Part shown: piece after piece, positions 1 to 10,500 of the stretch
How the letters are laid out: each line of letters starts with the position of its first letter
Position numbering within the stretch: the first letter of the stretch is position 1
NCBI GenBank assembly: GCA_965235115.1
Contig: OZ249439.1
Coordinates: 8,122,001 to 8,186,000 of the forward strand
Source: Laetmonice hystrix
Lineage: Eukaryota
Length of the DNA stretch: 64,000 nucleotides
Direction: 5' to 3'
Notes under the pieces: generated by a model
Seen by the model: the letters and a program-made list of their open reading frames with translations, nothing else
The model's database searches: none
Told to the model about the DNA's origin: nothing
Program-made: the position numbers and the translations under genes

Positions 1-1065
1 AAACAATGCCACAGTTACCGTAAGTTAAGGTCGGCTATAGCTTTTGGTATTTGCCATTGAAGAATATTATGGGCCTTAGCCGTACTAGAACCTTTCATTG
101 ATGTGTTTTTGAGTCACTGAATACCACCTCTACATCTTGGTAATCACTTGCGACTTGGCTGATTCGGTCTTTTACGGTTGCTCTTTTCTTTCTGGGCATG
201 CCTTGTGAAAGCCATTACTGGTACATCGGGGCTGTTCCATGCCTTTGTCCTGGCCACAGTGCCTGCCCTGCTCTACGTCTCAAAGTTAGTGTAAGTGTTA
301 AAGGTGTCGATGATTGCTCTGAATTCTGTGATCAGAAGTCGAAGCACATGGGGCCTGGCTCCATATGACCATGGCCGGACGGGTGTAAAGGTCGGCGATG
401 ATAGCGCCGCCTGGTGAGGGGCCTTGTCAGGGCGGTCGGCCAGGGAGGCGGCCTGGGGGCCGGCAGATTGCCCTTATTAGCGCCCAATCTCTGGCTGGCT
501 GCCGGCGGTGGGTGTGCTCATTTGGGTGGTTGTGGTCGGCAAGGATGCCATCAGGGAGCCCTGCCCCACTCAGATCGATGGAGTCAGGTGGTCACGACCA
601 CGAATGGCTTCACCAGCTTCTATAGCCATCGACTGAAGAGTACCACTGCGAACTTTTCCTGCAATTTGGCCCAACTTGATATCAATATAATGGTGCGATA
701 TAGAAGCGTGCATTATTCTCGCGTGATGTATGCCTCATTTGAAACACTGAATATGATTGACGTCAGTCTGTGTGTGTTTAGGACCTATTCTACCACGGTC
801 GAGGAGACATCCCATAATGGAGGACGTTCATACTCGTTACAGCCCTATTCATGATCTATTCCTGATACTCTACAACTCGGGGACGGATCATGTAGCCTCT
901 ACTTCTGCACAGTTTATGGGGGAAACCGAAGTCGTGCGTCTTCTACCGAAGTCTGGAGCGAAAGTTTCTTCAGTGCTCGCAACACAGCCGCGATCACTTA
1001 TTGAGTTTTTGCGTTCATGCAGCGCGAGTAATTCAAATTACGCGGATCATAATAACAGTCGCCGA

Positions 1066-2147
1066 TGTAATATGGGACACTGTTAATTATCACTGTAATA
1101 TGGGACAGTAACCTTAACTATGACGTGTGGGACATTGATAAATATCACTGTAATATGGGACAGTAACCTTAACTATGACGTGTGGGACACTGTTAATTAT
1201 CACTGTAATATGGGACAGTAACCTTAACTATGACGTGTGGGACATTGATAAATATCACTGTAATATGGGACAGTAACCTTAACTATGACGTGTGGGACAT
1301 TGATAAATATCACTGTAATATGGGACAGTAACCTTAACTATGACGTGTGGGACATTGATAAATATCACTGTAATATGGGACAGTAACCTTAACTATGACG
1401 TGTGGGACATTGATAAATATCACTGTAATATGGGACAGTAACCTTAACTATGACGTGTGGGACATTGATAAATATCACTGTAATATGGGACAGTAACCTT
1501 AACTATGACGTGTGGGACATTGATAAATATCACTGTAATATGGGACAGTAACCTTAACTATGACGTGTGGGACATTGATAAATATCACTGTAATATGGGA
1601 CAGTAACCTTAACTATGACGTGTGGGACATTGATAAATATCACTGTAATATGGGACAGTAACCTTAACTATGACGTGTGGGACATTGATAAATATCACTG
1701 TAATATGGGACAGTAACCTTAACTATGACGTGTGGGACATTGATAAATATCACTGTAATATGGGACAGTAACCTTAACTATGACGTGTGGGACATTGATA
1801 AATATCACTGTAATATGGGACAGTAACCTTAACTATGACGTGTGGGACATTGATAAATATCACTGTAATATGGGACAGTAACCTTAACTATGACGTGTGG
1901 GACATTGATAAATATCACTGTAATATGGGACAGTAACCTTAACTATGACGTGTGGGACATTGATAAATATCACTGTAATATGGGACAGTAACCTTAACTA
2001 TGACGTGTGGGACATTGATAAATATCACTGTAATATGGGACAGTAACCTTAACTATGACGTGTGGGACATTGATAAATATCACTGTAATATGGGACAGTA
2101 ACCTTAACTATGACGTGTGGGACATTGATAAATATCACTGTAATATG
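1066..2147. repeat. 55-bp tandem satellite array, left part (about 19-20 copies), interrupted by the LTR element
   Basis: Unit cactgtaatatgggacagtaaccttaactatgacgtgtgggacattgataaatat recurs with period 55 (taata at 1261 and 1316); copies are near-identical. Confidence 0.97.
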
Positions 2148-2603
2148 TGTTAACATTTCTTTTGGTAGTTGGGAGAATAACTCAGTAGAGTCGTCGCTTG
2201 AGTTTTGAAGCTTTAATTCCTGAGGTACACGGTTGTCTTCTTCGACCAATATGCACCACGCGGTCAGTATATATATTCGTTATCTTCGTCAGTCTCTATC
2301 TCTCCTTCTCTTCTTCAGCATGTCTCCCCTCCTTTAAGGGGGTTTCCGTCATAGTCTAATGGACGGACACCGATCATTGGCCGGTGACCTACGACCAATT
2401 AGCTGGTCGCCCCCTGACTGACTCCTTTGATTGACAGCTACCGCCCTGATGGCTGTCATAGGTATGACGGGCTTGTTCAGTGGTGCATAACGGTCGAAGC
2501 TGAGACAACAATACAGTGCCATACAATGAATGGTATACCACGAGAAAACACACGCTAGGACTACTCTACAACAGGTTACATGGATACAAATGATATCTTA
2601 TCA
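2148..2603 (-). repeat. 3' LTR (456 bp)
   Basis: Plus strand tgttaac...cttatca; no difference from 13504-13959 found by eye; imperfect terminal inverted repeat TGATAA/TTAACA; ATTAAA on the minus strand at 2212-2217 is a candidate poly(A) signal. Confidence 0.98.
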
Positions 2604-2612
2604 TCCTCCCCT
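2604..2612 (-). promoter_or_regulatory. Polypurine tract (PPT)
   Basis: Minus-strand AGGGGAGGA directly abuts the 3' LTR. Confidence 0.85.
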
Positions 2613-3631
2613 GCTTTAATTTACAAACCATCCACTGGTTGTCTTTATAAAATAAGGTATTAGATAACATATATATTATGAAATATCATACAGAAATATA
2701 TATATCGCTTGACAGCTTGCAGTTATTGTTCTCCACCAGGTTATCTTTTCCAAGGTAAAATAACCAAAACCTTTGTTAGTTTCTCTCGTTAAAATAAAAC
2801 TGGGTTATGCAACTCCTTATAAAAGCTCGTATATAAAACTATGGAATCAAATATAATTATCATACCGATACCATAACACAGGGTTCAAACATCATGCGGG
2901 ACGCACCCACTAATTGCGACTTTACGCAAGTAATATTACACATCTACACTATTCAAACTATTTCAAATTTGAACAAAGAACTAAATCCATTACGTCCACT
3001 GAAAGTATGAGCTGGTTCCTCAACCTATATTACAATTAAAATGTTCAGAAATTTGTACCACCTATAATACTCTAGGCTTCTCCAAATCAGAGACGGAAAT
3101 AATCTCGTTTCAACTTTATAACATACACCGCTCATAGTTAATAAACATAGTACATAAAAACGTTCACTTTAAACACAATTTCCTGGAATCACGTGATTAC
3201 ATTTAACTCGTAATGTTATAAATCTGATCCCTAAGTAGTTTCCACCACCCTATATGACATAAAGCATAAACAATATAACGACTACCTTTCTTGAAACTAC
3301 ATTTTTGCGACTATAGTGTTGAGATCATCTGTCCAAACAAACGGGAAACATAACGTCGAAAAAGGTGCATCAACAAATGTCTATGACGTCAGTCTGGGAG
3401 ACGTAAGGACCGCGCTCAGGGGTCCGGTAACGGGTATCCTCCTTAGTCTCGTAGGCGTCGGTGGTGTTCGGGAAAGTCCACGCCAAGTACCTGTCCAAGT
3501 GAACAAAACATGCAGCCACTCAAAGGACAAGGAGCAACACAGCCTAGATTTCCCTATTTTTATGAGACAAGTGGATCTGTGGTTGACGTAGCGACAAAAA
3601 AAATATCTAAGCCTTTCGTTTCCCACCTCCC

Positions 3632-3633
<2 letters not shown>

Positions 3634-3671
<38 letters not shown>
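3634..3671 (-). other. Templated A38 tract (minus strand), 10 nt after the env stop codon
   Basis: Run of 38 T on the plus strand; the minus strand reads CCA TAA AC GTAAGT TC A38 GTGGGAGGTGGGAAA. Confidence 0.9.
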
Positions 3672-3672
<1 letters not shown>

Positions 3673-3681
3673 AACTTACGT

Positions 3682-6258
3682 TTATGGGGTTTCCTCCTGC
3701 AACAATGGATACAATCCTTCCTGATGTTCAGGGACTACTTTCTCATTTTCTCCATCGGTTTGTTTGTCCTTGATGCTGCGCAGGCAGGTTATTGCCCTAT
3801 TCCTCTTTACGACGATTTCCTGACCAAAGGTAGCATTTTTACTTTTTTTCAACAGCAAATCTAGCTGTCGTCCATACCAGCGGGACACGTGGATAGATAT
3901 TTCCATTTTTGTTTCCGTCTCCTCACCGTGGACCACTAGCCTGACGCTGTCATCGGCTCTAATATTGATATAGCTTGACAGCCACTTATGTTCTGCCCAA
4001 ATTTCAAAATTGGACGGGACGAAAATATAGTCAACGTCCTTTTGGAGATGATACAGCTTCATCAGGGGAAAAACCATAACTTTGTCGGGAGTTCCCAATC
4101 TGATGAAAAGTTCGGTCTGGTTCTTTAATTCGTCTGGTACATGCCAGTGTGTGTCAAGGTCCGCAAAGGGTATTGCCACTTTTCTCGCAATGAAATTGAC
4201 AAGTCTTTTAACACAAAGAAACAAACGTTTTAGTGACAGGATGACCAACAATGTCACAACACAAACCAAAAGTATTTCGATCAGTGTGAAAGAATATACT
4301 TTCTCAACGGGCGACGCTGCGGTACTAACGATCGCCTGCTTGGGGAAAGATTTGAGCAAGATTGGCTCAGGTTCCGACATCGCCTCAGCAGTTTGGTACA
4401 TTGATACTAAAATAAGGATTTGCCTGTATTTATAAAAGGCAAATATTCCTGGCAAACACATAATAAAGCCAATAATGACTAAAATGACGGTGGCAGTGCT
4501 TACCGCAGGAAGATTCGACCAATGGCCTATCTGCGACTTCTTAGGCTCATATTCGCGGATCATAGACGCCAAATTATTTAGCGATAATCCGACATGTCCG
4601 ATTTCTTTAATGTAATGGTGGTTTGTATAAGAAGAGTTATCAGTCAAGATTTTGAACTTTTGAGTCAAGAGTGAAGTGTTGTCAAAATCAACACTTATGT
4701 TAAATGTTTTCAACACGGGAATGTTTATTACATTCGTCGGCTCAACCATAGTTACCATGCACTCTGTCGACATGCCTCTTAGAAGGCGTCCCCTCAGCGA
4801 GGCCTGACAATGACAGGGAAGAGTCAAAAGACAGAGTGAGCACGACCTATAAGTTTGAGACCTGCCATCTCCACATAACACAGACATTTGTTGCTCTGGA
4901 GAGGAGACTAAATATCGGGAGTTTCCTAATCCTATAACAACGTCTGGAATCAATTGAGTGGGATGTGCAATAAAATGGCACAACTTCAGTGTTTCATCAA
5001 TTTTGTTTTGATAAAGTGCCCATTCGCAAGTTGAATACTTATTAAAATATCTCAGGAGAGGATTCTTACATGTGACTAAGATGTTTCTGGTACATGTAGA
5101 CATGTCTTCCTCCCGTAGCAGGACATAATGTGTCCCTCTGACGGATACTCCTATGTATCTGTTATTAATAGATATTACGGAATAACCTTTGCCATTATTT
5201 TGGTCCAGTGGCACGGGAAAGGTGCCGATTTGAAACAAATTGAAGTGAGAATCAGCCTGGACCAATGGTACTCGCAGATGTACATATAAACGTCGATGTG
5301 TGTACTGGAAATACGCCAGGTGATTGTTATAAAAAAAACTAAGGTCACCTGTTGCCAAGTCATAACCCTTGTCTAACTGTTCTTTTACTGTAAGTAAAAT
5401 GTCCTTTAAATCAGAAGGTTGTACTATGTCAGAAGTCAATATGCCGACCCGCAGCTGTTCGAACCCCCTCACAAAATCCACAACCTTTTGGTTATATTCA
5501 TTAATTAACAAAATCCTTGCCTGTATAATGGTCACATATGAGGTTAAATAAACTTGCCAGAGTCGAGCCATTGAGTCGTTTTTGTTACGCCGATTCAAAT
5601 CTAATAACATTTTTTCCGTCAAATGTCTGAATTTGGTATTGACCACATCCTGAGTTAGAAATCTTCCTTGAATGAGCGACAAGGCGTGTGCTGTGTCGTT
5701 TATAAAAACCAACGTTTGGTTTTCTAGGAAGGATACTTTCTGCTGAGTCTCTGCCATGACGTCCGCAAGAGCATTCAAATTTTGCTCTATGGGCCGAATG
5801 TCCGTTACCAAGGCTACTCCAAAAAGATTCCTCTGGAGGGAACCTACAAAGCCAAATGGTACCATTCGTCTTTTCCTGGCTTCGGTCTCGGAAACAGGAA
5901 ATTGAAACAGGTCATTTAAAACGTTGTGTGATTTCTGGACCCGTTGGAGTGAATTATAATAAGTCTGATTTAGCTTGTTAAGATATCCCTGGACACCTTG
6001 ACACAATTCAGGGAAGTACGGAGTGGGTGCCAGTTTTGATAGACGGACCCCACACGGTGATATAGGCATTCGTTTAGTCAGGTTCTGTACCTTTGGTCTG
6101 GAAATAGTCAAGACTAACTCCCTGAACTCCGAAGTTTCAACATAAACTTCTGGGAGTTTTTGGAATGTAACGCCATAATGTTCTCTTGAGAGAATACGGG
6201 CGTCGGCATTGTACACCACAAGAGTCAGCAGTATGCCTATCCACCGAAAACAAGCTCT
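3682..6258 (-). CDS. env: Envelope/fusion glycoprotein of the baculovirus-F/errantivirus-Env type, main exon (858 aa) with a C-terminal extension
   Basis: Signal-peptide h-region RACFRWIGILLTLVVYNADA; furin site RKRR (5866-5877) followed by fusion-peptide-like MVPFGFVGSLQRNLFGVA; heptad-like helices; Cys pattern CTRNILVTC..CEW..LCHF..CSLC..PCHC; N-glycosylation sequons; TM1 about 4432-4494, TM2 about 4231-4290. Confidence 0.92.
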   Translation of the reverse strand, partial: RACFRWIGILLTLVVYNADARILSREHYGVTFQKLPEVYVETSEFRELVLTISRPKVQNLTKRMPISPCGVRLSKLAPTPYFPELCQGVQGYLNKLNQTYYNSLQRVQKSHNVLNDLFQFPVSETEARKRRMVPFGFVGSLQRNLFGVALVTDIRPIEQNLNALADVMAETQQKVSFLENQTLVFINDTAHALSLIQGRFLTQDVVNTKFRHLTEKMLLDLNRRNKNDSMARLWQVYLTSYVTIIQARILLINEYNQKVVDFVRGFEQLRVGILTSDIVQPSDLKDILLTVKEQLDKGYDLATGDLSFFYNNHLAYFQYTHRRLYVHLRVPLVQADSHFNLFQIGTFPVPLDQNNGKGYSVISINNRYIGVSVRGTHYVLLREEDMSTCTRNILVTCKNPLLRYFNKYSTCEWALYQNKIDETLKLCHFIAHPTQLIPDVVIGLGNSRYLVSSPEQQMSVLCGDGRSQTYRSCSLCLLTLPCHCQASLRGRLLRGMSTECMVTMVEPTNVINIPVLKTFNISVDFDNTSLLTQKFKILTDNSSYTNHHYIKEIGHVGLSLNNLASMIREYEPKKSQIGHWSNLPAVSTATVILVIIGFIMCLPGIFAFYKYRQILILVSMYQTAEAMSEPEPILLKSFPKQAIVSTAASPVEKVYSFTLIEILLVCVVTLLVILSLKRLFLCVKRLVNFIARKVAIPFADLDTHWHVPDELKNQTELFIRLGTPDKVMVFPLMKLYHLQKDVDYIFVPSNFEIWAEHKWLSSYINIRADDSVRLVVHGEETETKMEISIHVSRWYGRQLDLLLKKSKNATFGQEIVVKRNRAITCLRSIKDKQTDGENEKVVPEHQEGLYPLLQEETP

Positions 6259-6421
6259 CTGCAAACATAAAGAAGTGACAATATGCCGTAAACCTATAAT
6301 ACGTGAAGATTCATGGTCCTTTTGGAGCCACCTAAGAACAACATCAGTTGTTCAAATTCCAAGAGTGTTACTGAATATACTTGTAATTTTTAAAATGTAA
6401 CTGTGCGATTTAACAACTTAC
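6259..6421 (-). other. Predicted 163-nt spliceosomal intron in env
   Basis: Minus strand gccATG|GTAAGT ... tcacttctttatgtttgcAG|AGA GCT TGT. Splicing is phase 0 and places ATG in front of the signal peptide, which otherwise has no in-frame ATG. Confidence 0.8.
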
Positions 6422-6460
6422 CATGGCTGTTGCTTTCTTCCAATCGCTATTAGCTTCCAT
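6422..6460 (-). CDS. env: Predicted env initiation exon (MEANSDWKKATAM, or only the last ATG)
   Basis: Two in-frame ATGs (6460 and 6424) in good Kozak context (agcATGG, gccATGG), the second ending exactly at the GTAAGT donor. Confidence 0.7.
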
Positions 6461-7139
6461 GCTATCAAAACCAAAGTAGATCTATGGACCACGCTGCACA
6501 GCCGTGTATCCTGATCTCATGTGGAATCCTTATAGGACTCTTTCACATACATGTGTATAACTCTCTGAGGTGAGGGGTCTACTGAGTATCCGGAGACCTG
6601 GGACCGGTTCACCAAGATCTCCAACTCAAACTTTTGACTCCACCCACCCAGAAGATACTAATGAATATTCATGAATAGCATGTTACCAACGCCTACTTTG
6701 CAGGGCTATCACGTGTCTGACTCTGCCTAGAGTCCAAAGTGGACTCTAAATATACAATGAATACCAGATATAATTAAACACCTGTTGCGGCCTCCGTCCC
6801 TCTTATGTTGAAGGCGGTCCGACAGGAACAAATAACAGGGTTACCCTATAATTGGCACCCCTTGATACAGACCATACTACGAGTCTGGTGGCATTTCACA
6901 CCCAGGTATACAACTGTAGTACCTGCCGTCTTTGTCGAACAGTAAAGCAACATCATTCTATTGCAGTCATGTAACCATCTTGTCTCTCTAACTAGCAGAC
7001 AAAGGTGGGTGATACAACAAAGGTTCAATTACGGGCTGCGGTCAAGCGGCTTATTTCCGACCACCCCTTTGTTGACCGGCCGTAAAGTCGCGGTGGTAAT
7101 GCAACCATGTGTTGTTTCTGCTATCAGCCGCTGTAGCGA

Positions 7140-7376
7140 CTATCCATTCACACCATATGTAAAGTAACATGTGGGAATGACTAAGCTTTGAAGTTTATGT
7201 GGCTTTACTTCAAGTGAATGTTTATCGCCGTGTAATCCCTCAATATAAATGCGGGAATAGACATGGTGGTTTGTGTAATGGTTAGTACCCCTTTGGCCGG
7301 AATCTAAAAACAATCCCAACGGTGGCAATTTCCTAGGTTTATTGCTATTCACACGAATCATCTGAGGGGTTTCCAT
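7140..7376 (-). CDS. Possible 78-aa accessory ORF between pol and env
   Basis: ATG in gtaATGG context about 45 nt downstream of a strong acceptor (tttcttcctgcttttcccCAG, AG at 7419-7420); no recognisable motif. Confidence 0.3.
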   Translation of the reverse strand: METPQMIRVNSNKPRKLPPLGLFLDSGQRGTNHYTNHHVYSRIYIEGLHGDKHSLEVKPHKLQSLVIPTCYFTYGVNG

Positions 7377-7531
7377 TACCACTAGGACATTACTCGAGGC
7401 AAACTCTTAACTGAAATACTGGGGAAAAGCAGGAAGAAATGATTTCGTTATATTACTTCCCACGGGTTAAAAATTGAAATCAAAAAGAGCTAAAGTTTAG
7501 AAAAATAAATCTACCCCTTATATGGTTAACT

Positions 7532-10500
7532 TTAATCGAGTTTTCTCAAATTTCTATTGCGTAGGTTATACCTTAGCTCTGGTACATCTAAATCTCCGTC
7601 AATATATTTGCACCTTGCCTCTTTATTTAGGAATGATTCTGGGACCCAGACATTATCACCGTCTTGATAACTCACTAGGACGATAAGTTCGCCATTCCTC
7701 TTGTTGAGTTTATCAATCGCCTTTATTGGGAAAAAAGGACCTGTGCCGGCTTTCTTTGCTTTGGGTACCTTCTGGTCATCAGAATCTATTGCCTCATCTT
7801 CACTCAGTGCATCTGACTCCTCAGCTTCAATTTCGCCGTCAGAATAAACTGACTCTGCATCATCATCAATTTCATCTTCTTGAACCGGATCTGAGATAAA
7901 ACTATCGTCAGGGAAATCGCATTCCTCGAGCTCAGCAGGATCCTCATATTCCACCTCGAACTCGGGCCACCTTTCCTGTAGTTCTTCTCGATTTAGGCTC
8001 TTCTTTAGTCTATGAGTTGTGACAGGTTTGGTCATGAATTTTCCGGTCGTGGTGTGTTTCAACCACACCGTACTGTCGGTATGAAACGCTACTATAACGT
8101 AGGGACCATGGAAAATTTTAGCCAACTTCAGTTTTGTTGTCTGATCATTTAGTCTGGGCCAAAACAACCACACCCTATCGCCTTCACTTAGTTTGGGGTC
8201 ATGAACGTGTTTGTCATACCGAAGCTTCATGTTCTTTTGAGTTTCCTTAAAGGTCACTCGAGACTTTTCATGAGCATTTTTCTGGGTTTGGAGTACTTCA
8301 GCAAACCGGTCCTGAACCGTGCCATCTCCGCCCAGATCAAGCTTCACATTGGTTTCTATGGGGTTTAGTGGGTCGTATCCGTGGCAAAGTAGAAAAGGTG
8401 TTACCCCCAACGAGTACGCCTCCGTGGTGTTCAGAGCAAACAGTACCTCTGGAATACTTTCGTCCCAGTTATTCTGTTTTTCATTCACAAAAGTTCTTAA
8501 CACGTTTAATACTGACCTGTTTGCCCTTTCTACTAAACCACTAGTTTGCGGATGAGCAACTGTTGAAAAAGACTGAGTGATATTATACCGTTCACACATT
8601 ATCTTAAATTCCTCTCCCACAAAGCATTTTCCATTATCGCTTATAATTCTCCGTACCCCTCCGACTCTACAAATGACATTGGCAAAGAATCTCTCTGCCA
8701 CTGACTTAGCCGTGAGGTTAGGCAACGGAAAGGCAATGGTATATCTCGAGTAGTAGTCCACAACTACTATCAGGTGTCTGTTACCTTTCCTTGATCGTGG
8801 GAGCCTTTCTAACGCATCAATGTTAACGATATGCCAAGGCCTAGGACTAGGATCCCTCAGTGTGAGCGGCGGCCGAATAGGATGAGTCATCCGTTTGGTT
8901 TGAGCGCACACATCACATGAGTTACAATATCTGTGAATATCTTGACACATGCCAAACCAGAAATACTTTGTCCTCATAGCGCTAAGCATCTTTTGGGAAC
9001 TCAGATGAGCGCCAATCAGTGAGTCGTGATGCACCTCCAAGATCACTTTCCTTAGATTCCTTGGGATAACCAACCTCGCATGTGTCTCTGCTTTAGGACC
9101 CAATGTCGTATGGATGTTATACAGAATATCATCACTGATTATGAAATTCTCCTCCAAGATCGTCACCCTTTTTGCTCTGGCCTCATCCTCGGGGAGTTCT
9201 TTGTCCTTTAAGAATTTGATTAAATCTGAGCTAAATTCATCCCTCACCTGTGCATCTCTAACACACTGTGCTGATAAACCTAGTCCTTCAAATGTTAATC
9301 TATACTGAGTTTGCAAAATATCAGAATATTTCAGTCGCTTACGGTTGTTTGGGGACTTTTTGTTTGATCTCTGGGATGAACTGACCTCGTCTGCCTTGAC
9401 TTGACCCAGACTGTTTATGGGCAGTTCCTCGACTTTCGGCAAATCTAGCTCTTTGGGATCCTGGTACAGATCGTTGATGACGCCCATTATTTGGGTTCTG
9501 TCTGCAATTGCGCTTGCATCTGTGATCTGACTTAACTCAAGGCATCTTTCAATGAACTCCTCAACTCCCGGTGAGATGACCTCTACTTTATCTTGCTCTT
9601 CTGGTCTTGAAAGCGCATCGGCGACAACATTGCTCTTACCTTTTATATGTTCAATCTCGAACTGGAATTGATTTAGGAAAGCTCGCCATTTGCTTTGCCT
9701 CAAGGTGAACTTGCCAGAATCTCCCAAGATATATTTCAGAGCTGAATGGTCAGTCCTTATTTTGAATTTCCTGCCAGTTAAATACACTTTCCAGTACTCG
9801 ACTGAGTAACATATTCCCAGTAGTTCCTTGTCAAGTGTACTGTACCTGTTTTGACTTTCCCCAAACTTTTTACTTAGGAAAGCTACTGGGCGTTCCCTAT
9901 TGTCCTGATCGAGCTGACTAAGGCAGCCACCGATTCCAACTCCAGACCCGTCAGTGGTCAAAATGAATTCCTTTTGGAAATCGGGATACATCAAAACAGT
10001 ATCTGACGTCAAGGTATCTCGAAGTGTCTCAAAAGCCTTCTGATGTGTTTCTGTCCATTCCCATTTACTTTCACCTTTTGTTAGACCATACAAAGGATTA
10101 GCAAGTTTGCCATACTTTGGAATAAAGCGGCGATAAAATCCGGTGATTCCCAAAAATCGCCTCAACCCTTTGACATTTGTAGGGGGCTGTAAACCTTGAA
10201 TCACCTCAATCTTCTGTGGGTTAGGTTTAATGCCAAACTCTCCGATAACATGGCCTAGGAATAGAGCTTCTTGACACGCTATCTTAGTCTTGCTGGGCTT
10301 CAGTTTAAGCCCTGCGCCAATCAACCTTTGCAGCACCTCTTCCACACCTGCCAAATGTTCTTCCCATGTTCTGGATGGAATAATTATATCGTCAACATAA
10401 ATTAGGATGCTTTCAAAGGGTATACCCCTCATGATCATATCGATCAACATTTGGCAAGATCGTGGGGCATTTTTCATACCCATTGGGAGAACCTTATACC

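Noticed and set aside
2049-2249. 66-aa ORF across the LTR/satellite junction
   Set aside because: Chimeric chance frame created by the insertion.
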